A stretch of DNA of 53,560 nt from a virus. Its lineage: Duplodnaviria > Caudoviricetes. The translations under genes and the position numbers were made by a program. The stretch is taken from the IMG/VR virus record IMGVR_UViG_3300033182_000038, positions 1 to 53,560 of that record; one strand, written 5' to 3'. The notes beneath the pieces were generated by a model. That model saw only the letters and a list, made by a program, of their open reading frames with translations. It had not been told where the DNA came from and did no database searches. Position 1 is the stretch's first letter, and each line of letters starts with the position of its first letter. Shown here in pieces: positions 45,783-53,560 of the stretch.

Positions 45783-48629
45783 TTACTTCACCGCCTGCAT
45801 TTGACCGAAGGTTAGTTCATCAGCGTTGACATCGGCGGTCTCAAGTACGCCGAGCAATTCAGGATGGCTTAGGTTGAACCCGACCACATAGGTCTGAGAT
45901 AAGCGCACTGGAGTATTCTTGCCCAGTGAGGCTTTCTCGGACTTAGGTGTGGCGTTCACATTCTCTGCAATAAGTTCATCTTTGAATGACTTGTAGTCAG
46001 CTCCACGGGTAGACAGCCACTTACGGAAGTGGGTGCGGTCAAACAACATAGTGCCTTTGTCGAATGGGTCAGCCGGTGACTTACGGAATACCTCAATCCT
46101 GATGCGAATGTCAGACTTCGGAATACGCGAGTAGTCTGGTTGCGGCTCTTGCCCTGCTGTGTGCATGATCGTAACGGTGGAGCCTGCACAGTCAGCCATA
46201 TACTCGGCAACCAGCGTGCTCCAAGTCTGCTTGTTCTCCTGCACAGTCCGGCGGATAGCACCGATCTGGGATAGAACCCACTCAACACCTAACTCGTAGT
46301 TGAACTTAATCAATCCCCACTGGTGTGCCAGTCGTAGTGACAAGTCTGCAAGCATGATAGCCTGCTCCCAGTAGCGTTCCTGACCAGTGAAGTTGCACTT
46401 GTACCGTTGCTTGAATGACTCAGCCGCCTCGACAATCGTAGCCTGTATCCCTTCCTCGCCCAGTTCCATCAGCTTGCGTATGAATACTTTACCTGCATGA
46501 CCGTAGTGCGTATGCAGTGCGTCGTAAATCATCTTGCCTGCGGTGGTATCCTTAGCGAACAGCGGGTTAGATGGGACAGTAACTTCGAGTAGACGCGCCA
46601 TCTGTGCGTCAGTGTCCAGACCACTGGCGATCAACTTACTTGCCAGAGATTTGTTGGTAGATACTATGACAGGCGTTGCCCAAGTCTTCGCGTCGCGCTC
46701 CTCAGCATTGCGGTTGAGTCGTGCCTTGTCCCTGCCCTGAGATACCCAGTAGCAGAAGTCACCCACTTCCTTATCGTTCATCATGGTGACTTCGTCGATG
46801 GTCAGTGGCAGGTGGGCATAGACACCAAGACGTGAGAACAAACTGTTCTGTGTGTACTTAGCCGCGAAGTGTAGCTTGTCGGGGTTGCCGTAGATGGACT
46901 GTACCCAGTACTGAGCCAGTGTCTTACCACCACCAGTAGCGCCGTACAGAGATACGGTCAGACCCTTGAGACCTGTAAAGTTGTATAGAGGTGCTGATAG
47001 TCCGACGCCCAAGGTGAACATTAGGTAGCGCAGGTCAGCCTTCTCTAGGATGCGGGTCATGTCAGTCCACGCTTTAGCGTCACCCTTAGTGGCGAACATC
47101 TCGCGGCCCTGTCGCTGTACGCCAGAGGATAAGTTGATCTGCTCCTCGGTTACGGAACCATCAGAGGATTTCTTAAAGATGTGGTCGCCGAGTACAAACG
47201 CCGTGTTCTTCTCTTTCCAACCCATAGTCGAGTACAGGTTAGTCATTGCACGGATTTGTCTCAGTTCATCCATGTATGATCTGAGCATGAGTTGAAAGTA
47301 CTCCGTCTGTTTCTTGCCGTTTAACACAATGCCTTGGTCAGCAATCGCGGTAGCGAACTCACGGTTGCCATCGGTCAGATATGCCTGCCGCAGTACCAAG
47401 TCCTGCCATCCCATATGTAGGCGATTCCAGTGGTAGCGTACAGTTTCATACCCGAGGGATTCATCCATACCATACCCGACTGGGTACACGTCGAACTTAC
47501 ATACGTCGATGTCCGTCTCGTCAATGGTCATCTTGATGCCATCAGCAGTGCGCTTGAAGGGGCGTGGCATAGGAACCATGTGTGCCGTTTTGTCTTTGAC
47601 TTCTTCCGGCGGAGCGATCTCTTGGTATTGTGTGCCTAGTCTGACAGGGGAGCCGATCTTGTCTTTGAACTTACAGCCCCGGCAGCCTGAAGGATTATCA
47701 TCCCCAAACTTCTTACACGTTGTTGGGCCTGTCGCGTCCCGCTGCCAGTGGGCAAGTTTAGAAAGCGTGGCTTTCTCGGAGTAGGTTGGATGCCCTTGAC
47801 TCCACAGGATTGCGGTAGCTTCAGGGTCAATACAGTGTGCGGCTACGCCGATCATGTCGTACCACAGTGGCTCGTCAACCTTGTCAGGGTTCTCCAGTGC
47901 GGTCTTGATCTGTTGGCATTTGTTAGCAACCACAGCGCCGATGGCAGGAGGGAACTCCTGCTTGACTGCGAGATTTCCTAGCAACGTATTCTCACGAGGA
48001 CGATCTACTAGGCTCACGGGTTGAGCCTGCATGTATGCAGAGAGCGCATGAGCTAGTTGAGCTGAGCTGACAGGCTCAGCATCCACCAACAACTTCACCT
48101 CGTTGCCGTTCTTAGGGTTGTGTGTTCCGACTGGGCGTAGGATTCTAGCGATGTCACCTGTAACAACAGGGTCAGCTTCAAAGCCTCGGTCGACGAACGC
48201 CATCTTCATAGCGTTAGCCAGTGGTCGCCATGCGTCTGGTTCCAGTTCTTCTTCTAGTACCCAGTAAACATGTAGACCGTTGCCAGATGATACGATCATC
48301 GGCTTAGGTAATTTCATATCGGCGATAAACTTGCCGAGTTCAGTTAGCCCTACCTTCCAATCCGCATACGGTTTCGTATCGCCACAGTCCACGTCGATGG
48401 CAACTAGCTTGGTTGCTCGGACGTTGTCCTGCTTACGGTTCCCCCTTTCGCGGAACGAGGAGATTGCAAAGTAAGTATTATTATTGGCTTGGTCTAACTT
48501 TACACAAGCCTTTGCAAGTTCTTCTACGGTATTGAAATAGCCCTGCTGACGATGCTCGCCGTTGATTACAGTGACTACATAAACACCAGTCGGTGGAAGA
48601 ACTCGCTGAAGAAATTTCAGCGTGTCCAT
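45783..48629 (-). CDS. Primase-helicase (AEP/RepB-like primase + DUF927 + ATPase)
   Basis: AIDVD, SSGNGLHVYW, Cys cluster TTC..CRGC, MGW, GATGGGKT, LTIDE. Confidence 0.88.
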   Translation of the reverse strand: MDTLKFLQRVLPPTGVYVVTVINGEHRQQGYFNTVEELAKACVKLDQANNNTYFAISSFRERGNRKQDNVRATKLVAIDVDCGDTKPYADWKVGLTELGKFIADMKLPKPMIVSSGNGLHVYWVLEEELEPDAWRPLANAMKMAFVDRGFEADPVVTGDIARILRPVGTHNPKNGNEVKLLVDAEPVSSAQLAHALSAYMQAQPVSLVDRPRENTLLGNLAVKQEFPPAIGAVVANKCQQIKTALENPDKVDEPLWYDMIGVAAHCIDPEATAILWSQGHPTYSEKATLSKLAHWQRDATGPTTCKKFGDDNPSGCRGCKFKDKIGSPVRLGTQYQEIAPPEEVKDKTAHMVPMPRPFKRTADGIKMTIDETDIDVCKFDVYPVGYGMDESLGYETVRYHWNRLHMGWQDLVLRQAYLTDGNREFATAIADQGIVLNGKKQTEYFQLMLRSYMDELRQIRAMTNLYSTMGWKEKNTAFVLGDHIFKKSSDGSVTEEQINLSSGVQRQGREMFATKGDAKAWTDMTRILEKADLRYLMFTLGVGLSAPLYNFTGLKGLTVSLYGATGGGKTLAQYWVQSIYGNPDKLHFAAKYTQNSLFSRLGVYAHLPLTIDEVTMMNDKEVGDFCYWVSQGRDKARLNRNAEERDAKTWATPVIVSTNKSLASKLIASGLDTDAQMARLLEVTVPSNPLFAKDTTAGKMIYDALHTHYGHAGKVFIRKLMELGEEGIQATIVEAAESFKQRYKCNFTGQERYWEQAIMLADLSLRLAHQWGLIKFNYELGVEWVLSQIGAIRRTVQENKQTWSTLVAEYMADCAGSTVTIMHTAGQEPQPDYSRIPKSDIRIRIEVFRKSPADPFDKGTMLFDRTHFRKWLSTRGADYKSFKDELIAENVNATPKSEKASLGKNTPVRLSQTYVVGFNLSHPELLGVLETADVNADELTFGQMQAVK

Positions 48630-48654
48630 TGTGCCCCTTCATCTCAGTGAGTGA

Positions 48655-48672
48655 GGGGGACTTTCGTCCCCC
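48655..48672 (-). terminator. GNRA hairpin upstream of the primase gene
   Basis: GGGGGAC-gaaa-GTCCCCC; no U-tract. Confidence 0.4.
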
Positions 48673-48682
48673 ACCCTTCACC

Positions 48683-48973
48683 TTATTCTGGTTTATCTAA
48701 AATCGCAAGAAGCCGCTCAAGCCTTTGACTTTGGTCTAACGCAATCACTTCCGGCGTAGGCCAGTTGTGATCGGACATCACCATTAGTAGTTGCTTAAGT
48801 ACTTCACGCACCTTCTCGTCGTTGCTCTTACGGATGGGCTTCCCTTTGACCCACCCATAGTAGGTCATTCGGGAGACTCCTAGCAATTTCGCCATGTTAG
48901 CGGTAGTCAGGAGCATATGCTTCCGTAGAGCCTCGACCTTCGCAAAGTCGAGCGGAGGCATATTAGGCATCAT
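48683..48973 (-). CDS. XRE-family HTH regulator
   Basis: LRKHMLLTTANMAKLLGVSRMTYYGWVKG. Confidence 0.85.
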   Translation of the reverse strand: MMPNMPPLDFAKVEALRKHMLLTTANMAKLLGVSRMTYYGWVKGKPIRKSNDEKVREVLKQLLMVMSDHNWPTPEVIALDQSQRLERLLAILDKPE

Positions 48974-49949
48974 CAGCGTTCACCTCACCAACGAGAGCGG
49001 CGATTTCATCCGCCAGACTGGCAGTAGCCGCGTCTGCAACAGGAGCCGCCTTCGGTTCCTCTGCAATCTTAGCCTTAGCCGGAGCAGGCTCAGCCGCCTT
49101 TTTAGCACCGAAGCCACGCTTAGGTGCTTCCGGCTCACCGCCGTTCATCTCAACCGCTTCAGCAGGTGCGGCAGGGGCAGGAGCCGCTTCCACAGGAGCA
49201 GGTTTAGGGATGGCAACAGGAGCCGGAGCGGTGACTGCTACTTCACCAGTGATCTGCTTAACGTGCTCAGTACCGAACAACTTATCCACAGATGCTTGCG
49301 TTGCCTCATCAATGAAGCCACCGAATCCGAACTTCAGCTTCGGGAAGGAAGCGTCAGTGTCGAAAGTGATGCGAGTCTTAACGATCTCAGCAGGGATGCC
49401 ACGCATGGACAGTTCTTTCTGGTAGGAGTTCAGACCTTTCAGTGCCGCAGGAGTTACTTGCAACAAGTACACTGGGCCTTCAGGGTCATCAGCAGACACG
49501 ATAGCCAAACGCTTCTGGTCAGCACATGCTTTGATCTGCTGTCCTTGTGGAGTTACTTTAGAACCCCATGCGTTTTGAGGGCATGACGCACACAAATCGT
49601 TTTGTGGTTGCGTGCTATCAGGGTGTGGCCCAACACCATCAAGCGAGAAACAATCAGGTGCGGCAGGCTCACTGTCCGGAGTCCATGCCTTTGCGTACCA
49701 AGTCTTTGACAGACGTGGGTTAGCGCCGACGATTACAACGTCGAGGGCAGTGGTATCCAGTACGGTTTCATTACCGTCCTCAACGATACGGAAGCGTGAA
49801 CCCTTGATCGAAATACGCGGGAAGCCATCGCCACCAGTACCACTGATGCCACCCATCAAAGACTGAGATAGTACAGAAGGCTGTGCCATCTTCGCCATTA
49901 GGTGTGCAGGGACTTGTACATTGGAAGGAATCAAATTACTCATGGTCAT
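48963..49949 (-). CDS. SSB/ssDNA-annealing-like protein
   Basis: PRISIKG, PDCFSLDG, CASCPQN.WGS, KAC; acidic tail; replication context. Confidence 0.6.
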   Translation of the reverse strand: MTMSNLIPSNVQVPAHLMAKMAQPSVLSQSLMGGISGTGGDGFPRISIKGSRFRIVEDGNETVLDTTALDVVIVGANPRLSKTWYAKAWTPDSEPAAPDCFSLDGVGPHPDSTQPQNDLCASCPQNAWGSKVTPQGQQIKACADQKRLAIVSADDPEGPVYLLQVTPAALKGLNSYQKELSMRGIPAEIVKTRITFDTDASFPKLKFGFGGFIDEATQASVDKLFGTEHVKQITGEVAVTAPAPVAIPKPAPVEAAPAPAAPAEAVEMNGGEPEAPKRGFGAKKAAEPAPAKAKIAEEPKAAPVADAATASLADEIAALVGEVNADDA

Positions 49950-49960
49950 CTCCTAGAGAG

Positions 49961-50365
49961 TTAGTCATCAACTTTTGCCGCAGGTTTGCGGACGTTTACA
50001 TCAATGCGTGTACCGTAGTTCACGCCGGACGGAACCGCTTTAGTAGCTTCGATATAGCCACGCACTGCGGTTTTACTGACACGCTTTTCTAGCATGTCGT
50101 ATGCGTCGTTCTCGACAATGAAGTTAAGAACGGCGTCCCAATCGGCTACGTTTGCGTAGTCGGTTGTGGTTAGGAAGGCAGTACCGTGTGCAGTCTTGAA
50201 GGACGTTACACCATCAGTGTCAGCCTTTTCTTTTATCCACGCTTCTAGCTTCGCCATCTGCTCCTTCAAGCCTTTGACCTTGTCTTTGGTCTCAGCCTCG
50301 ATGGACTCTTTCTTGTTGCGAAGTTTTAGATACGCAGAAATAACTTGGTCTATGGTTAAAGACAT
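49961..50365 (-). CDS. Conserved replication-module protein
   Basis: Coiled coil, then KTAHGT, VADWD, LEKRV, VPSGV. Confidence 0.75.
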   Translation of the reverse strand: MSLTIDQVISAYLKLRNKKESIEAETKDKVKGLKEQMAKLEAWIKEKADTDGVTSFKTAHGTAFLTTTDYANVADWDAVLNFIVENDAYDMLEKRVSKTAVRGYIEATKAVPSGVNYGTRIDVNVRKPAAKVDD

Positions 50366-50368
50366 GTG

Positions 50369-51916
50369 TCACCTCGTCTGTTGTTGAATCAAATCAAGAA
50401 GCAATCCCTGAAGTTTCTGCTTGTTCTTCAGTCGGTCATACATCCGGTACTCAAGGTCAGTCGCCTCAATGTGGATGATGTTCGATACATGCTTCTTACC
50501 GATACGCTCGATACGTCCGTTCGCCTGAACATATTGCTCGTTGCTAGTGATAGGCCCATACCAGACAATCGTTGAAGCCGATGTCAGAGTTAGCCCATGA
50601 GCCATCGTCGCAGGGTGAGCAATCAATACATGTGGGTCTTTAGCGTGTTGGAAGTTATGGAAGATCACGTCGCGCTTCGATGAGGACACCGCTCCGTTCA
50701 CTACGCCAACTGTCCAGTGCTTAGACAGTTCTTTCTCCAACATGTGTAAAGTTCCTGTCAGGGGGACGAACACAATTACCTTGCCGCCTACTTCATCTAT
50801 CACCTCCTTTACTAGGTTGACTCGTGGAGCGCAGTCGATCTCGATGTTCTGGCCATCGTCACCGTATGCAACGCCACAAGATATTTGGATTAGCTTCTGC
50901 ATCTTCACCGCTTCGTTTACAGCAGTGATCTCACCACCCTCAGCCTCGGTCACGAAGTGCCTCAGCATCTTGGTGTAATGTTCTTTCTGAGCCTTAGTCA
51001 ACTCTACCTTGCGTGTCTGGAACACAGTGTCCGGTAGGTCGAAGCACTCGTCGCGGGTGTACCGCACCGACGGTTGAAGAATATGTTTGACAATCTCCAC
51101 TGACTCGGGTCGCGGAACAAACTTCCACTGTCCAATCTTCATCATCACCTGCTCACGAAACGCAGTGTAAGTTTTGGTACAGAACGGACTGTCGACTAGC
51201 TTGGCTAACGCCCAAGCATCTGTCGGGTCATTGGGTGTAGGCGTGCCGGTCATCAACCACAAACGTACATCTGGTTGTTTGTCCATCCACTTCCGGAACA
51301 CTTTGAACCTGTTAGTCGATGGGTTACGCAGGACTGCCGCCTCGTCCACAATGATGAGGTCGAACATACCGACGGCGTCCTCAGAGATAATGCTGAAGCC
51401 ATCGTGGTTGATAATGTAGAAGTCAGCATTGGTCTTGAGTAGCTTCTTCCGTCGTGCCGCAGTGCCGTGTAAAGTTACTGACTTGCGATTCGGGAACCCC
51501 ATGAATACGCCATCACCCCACACACGCTCAAGCGTGGACAGTGGAGAGATGATGAGTGCCTTCTTAACCGCACCCACCTTCATCAAGTAGTCAGCCGCCC
51601 ACAGTGCGCTCTGAGTCTTACCAGTACCGATCTCGTTCAGCACCAGTGCCTTCCTGTTCATAGTCAGGAACGCCGCTGTCATGCGCTGATGTTCATACGG
51701 TGTAAACTTACCCTGCCAATCGTAGTAGTGCAGGATAGGGGACGGTGCTTTGATACCGAGGTTGCGTAGTACACGCACCTCATCAAGACGATGCGGCGTT
51801 ACGACTAGATCGACTCCGTCATACGTCAGCTTCTTGGCAGTAGGGATACTGTCAAGCACCTTGTTCGGGTTGTTTAGTTTGAGGGCTATCGCCTGCGCCT
51901 GTTCAACGACGATCAT
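50369..51916 (-). CDS. SNF2-family SF2 helicase
   Basis: EIGTGKT, IVDEA, MTGTP, HGLTLT, QANGRIERIG; ATGA start at 51916. Confidence 0.93.
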   Translation of the reverse strand: MIVVEQAQAIALKLNNPNKVLDSIPTAKKLTYDGVDLVVTPHRLDEVRVLRNLGIKAPSPILHYYDWQGKFTPYEHQRMTAAFLTMNRKALVLNEIGTGKTQSALWAADYLMKVGAVKKALIISPLSTLERVWGDGVFMGFPNRKSVTLHGTAARRKKLLKTNADFYIINHDGFSIISEDAVGMFDLIIVDEAAVLRNPSTNRFKVFRKWMDKQPDVRLWLMTGTPTPNDPTDAWALAKLVDSPFCTKTYTAFREQVMMKIGQWKFVPRPESVEIVKHILQPSVRYTRDECFDLPDTVFQTRKVELTKAQKEHYTKMLRHFVTEAEGGEITAVNEAVKMQKLIQISCGVAYGDDGQNIEIDCAPRVNLVKEVIDEVGGKVIVFVPLTGTLHMLEKELSKHWTVGVVNGAVSSSKRDVIFHNFQHAKDPHVLIAHPATMAHGLTLTSASTIVWYGPITSNEQYVQANGRIERIGKKHVSNIIHIEATDLEYRMYDRLKNKQKLQGLLLDLIQQQTR

Positions 51917-52218
51917 AGACCCATCCATTTGCAGATAAAGTCACGCACTTCACAGATCGTTTCGTCGTCATAGACTAGGAAACATTTGCCACCTGCCGCT
52001 TCAATTTGTTCCATCGCTTTCACCTGTAACGCAGTCGGTTTCTTTGTGGCATCAGCTTTACACTCGATACCTACGAACCTTCCTGCAACTATGGCAATCC
52101 TGTCAGGGATGCCCGCCCTTCCGAATGGCCCTGCTTGTGGAGAATAGAACCACACGCCGTGCCGCTTTAACATCGTGTCAAGTTTTCTCTTGATCTTGTT
52201 CTCTGGAGTAGTAGCCAT
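51913..52218 (-). CDS. VRR-NUC nuclease
   Basis: PE..GIPD..GIECK..PTALQ..AGG. Confidence 0.9.
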   Translation of the reverse strand: MATTPENKIKRKLDTMLKRHGVWFYSPQAGPFGRAGIPDRIAIVAGRFVGIECKADATKKPTALQVKAMEQIEAAGGKCFLVYDDETICEVRDFICKWMGL

Positions 52219-52247
52219 TGTAGTATGCTTTACATCCTTGTCAAGTA

Positions 52248-52907
52248 TTATACCCTAGCATATTCGCACATGTGTCGTGCAGGGCAGAATCTACATAGCC
52301 CACTAGGTTTCGGGGGCCAGTTATCATGCTCCACCGACTCGTAGATACGCTGTATCCTGCCCATTAGCCGCGCCCACATCTCGTTGGTCTGCTCTCGGGT
52401 AAAGGTTTCTGAATCCATGCTCATGTCTTTGAGCCATATGAATGAGGTCTTGACCTTGTTCACTTCGGGGAAGTGCTTAAAGGTTTGGAGGGCAAACATT
52501 TCCAACTGTGTAAAGTCGGGATTACGCTTACCTGTTTTCCAGTCCATGACCGTGGCGGTATCGCCCTTGATGATGAGGATGTCTAGCTTGGAGCGTAGCC
52601 ATGCGTCCGCATCCCACCAACCTGTTGGTGTAAGGTTGTCTGTGAGAGTCATCTCTCGTTCGACTTGTAGTTCACCACCCTCTGCCGCTTTGACTATGGA
52701 CTGGCACAACGCCTCGTACCGACTAGCTTCTTGGGGTAGCGTCCTGTCCTCCTTGAGCCTGTACTCCAGAGCCTCGTGGATTCTTTCGCCATACTTACTG
52801 GCTTCACCCCCTTCATCCTCAACCTCCTTCAGCACACGCTGATGCAGGTATCGTTTCGGGCAGTTCTCGTAAAGTTTGATAGACGAATAAGAATGTGAAA
52901 GGCGCAT
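52248..52907 (-). CDS. Cas4-like PD-(D/E)XK exonuclease
   Basis: SYSS..CP, GERIH, KLD, DWKTGK, QLEMFA, CRFCPARHMC. Confidence 0.9.
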   Translation of the reverse strand: MRLSHSYSSIKLYENCPKRYLHQRVLKEVEDEGGEASKYGERIHEALEYRLKEDRTLPQEASRYEALCQSIVKAAEGGELQVEREMTLTDNLTPTGWWDADAWLRSKLDILIIKGDTATVMDWKTGKRNPDFTQLEMFALQTFKHFPEVNKVKTSFIWLKDMSMDSETFTREQTNEMWARLMGRIQRIYESVEHDNWPPKPSGLCRFCPARHMCEYARV

Positions 52908-52928
52908 GTATCCCCCAAAAGAATATGA

Positions 52929-52953
52929 ACCTAGAGGGGGTTTCCCTCTAGGT
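52929..52953 (-). terminator. Intergenic hairpin (possible terminator)
   Basis: ACCTAGAGGG/CCCTCTAGGT perfect 10-bp stem; T-rich sequence downstream on the minus strand. Confidence 0.55.
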
Positions 52954-52999
52954 GTCCACCCCACTCAGTGGGTTGGTAAGTCAGCAGGTCGACTGTACA

Positions 53000-53224
53000 T
53001 CAACCTGCCATACGCCGCAACACATCGTGCTTGAGCAGTTCCAAGTGGGCGACAAGCGACATGGTGTCGTCGATTGCCGTTGAGTACCGGACGAATCCAC
53101 CGTCGACTTTGAGTAGCAGGATGGCATCGCCGATGACCTCCGCCCTGTCAACTTCTGCCATAGCTTCTTCCAGTACCCGCTTGATCTCGTCGCGCTTTGG
53201 GTTGGTGATTTCGGTAACGCTCAT
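53000..53224 (-). CDS. Hypothetical protein
   Basis: ATGA overlap with the polA stop. Confidence 0.75.
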   Translation of the reverse strand: MSVTEITNPKRDEIKRVLEEAMAEVDRAEVIGDAILLLKVDGGFVRYSTAIDDTMSLVAHLELLKHDVLRRMAG

Positions 53225-53560
53225 TTCGCTTCTCCATAGTTAAAGCCTACGCCTGATTCACAGGCAACTGGTAAGTCCTTCGCCCAGCTCGGTGCGGCAG
53301 ACATTCTTTCCTCAACAAATTTCTGTGCGTTTGACACTTCATCTGCCGGGGCCGTGATGATTACCTCATCGTGTACCTGAAACGCAACGTGGTACTTGCG
53401 TCCGATGCTCGCCATCTGTTCTGCCACAACGATACGAGCCAGTGCTTGGACGATGTTCTCCGTTACCTTCCCGCCGTAGATACGAGTCCAGTCCACCTTC
53501 ACGGTCGGGTCTTGTGCGTACTTGCGGTAGGTTCGTGCGTCCGATATGTACTCGAATCCA
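53221..53560 (-). CDS. polA: DNA polymerase family A, 3' part
   Basis: YGGKVTENIVQALAR and motif C FQVHDEV; continues the frame from 1646. Confidence 0.93.
   Translation of the reverse strand, partial: GFEYISDARTYRKYAQDPTVKVDWTRIYGGKVTENIVQALARIVVAEQMASIGRKYHVAFQVHDEVIITAPADEVSNAQKFVEERMSAAPSWAKDLPVACESGVGFNYGEAK
53438..53560. repeat. Terminal direct repeat (circular assembly overlap), copy 2
   Basis: Identical to 1-123. Confidence 0.97.

Noticed and set aside
45780-45785. Terminator between the convergent arms
   Set aside because: The two stop codons abut with no intergenic space and I see no clear hairpin.
52217-52244. TTGACA-N16-TACAAT promoter for the VRR-NUC gene
   Set aside because: The -10 overlaps that gene's own ATG, so it cannot drive it. 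Kept only as part of the motif family or as a possible helicase promoter.
52248-52907. Cas4 as evidence of a CRISPR system
   Set aside because: Stand-alone Cas4-like exonucleases are routine in phage replication modules; no other cas genes or array are present.
53221-53502. Split or truncated polymerase
   Set aside because: In frame with 1..1646 once the genome is circularised; it is a single gene.

Overview
The window is one complete, apparently circular dsDNA tailed-phage genome of about 53,437 bp. Bases 1-123 repeat at 53438-53560, and a family A DNA polymerase reads through the junction. The virion genes look podovirus-like, and the spanins and IHF-like sites point to a Gram-negative host. 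It has three blocks. (i) A leftward early/replication arm (10482->1, continuing 53437->45783) carries small host-interaction genes, a MoxR AAA + DUF3150-like + HExxH/vWA + Nmad5-like + Ntn-hydrolase cluster, PolA, a Cas4-like exonuclease, VRR-NUC, SNF2 helicase, SSB-like protein, an HTH protein and a DUF927 primase-helicase. (ii) A control region at ~9065-10830 has an iteron/IHF-type putative origin and twin promoters. (iii) A rightward late arm encodes terminase, portal, scaffold, capsid, adaptors, two fibre+chaperone pairs, lysis genes, tail hub and ejection proteins, ending in a 2676-aa polyvalent protein. I saw no integrase, tRNA, CRISPR array or reverse transcriptase. The most interesting observations are: (1) a tightly packed six-gene operon of exported proteins inside the lysis module that looks like a usher-less, miniature pilus/fimbrial assembly system; (2) an overprinted +1-frame gene (MPFKSEAQRKWMYAN...) with a strong RBS inside the giant ejection gene; (3) a shared [YM]xxGGx[VL] motif in otherwise unrelated late proteins; (4) a duplicated promoter-gene-hairpin unit on either side of the putative origin. 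All family assignments come from motif recognition by eye; no database searches were run.
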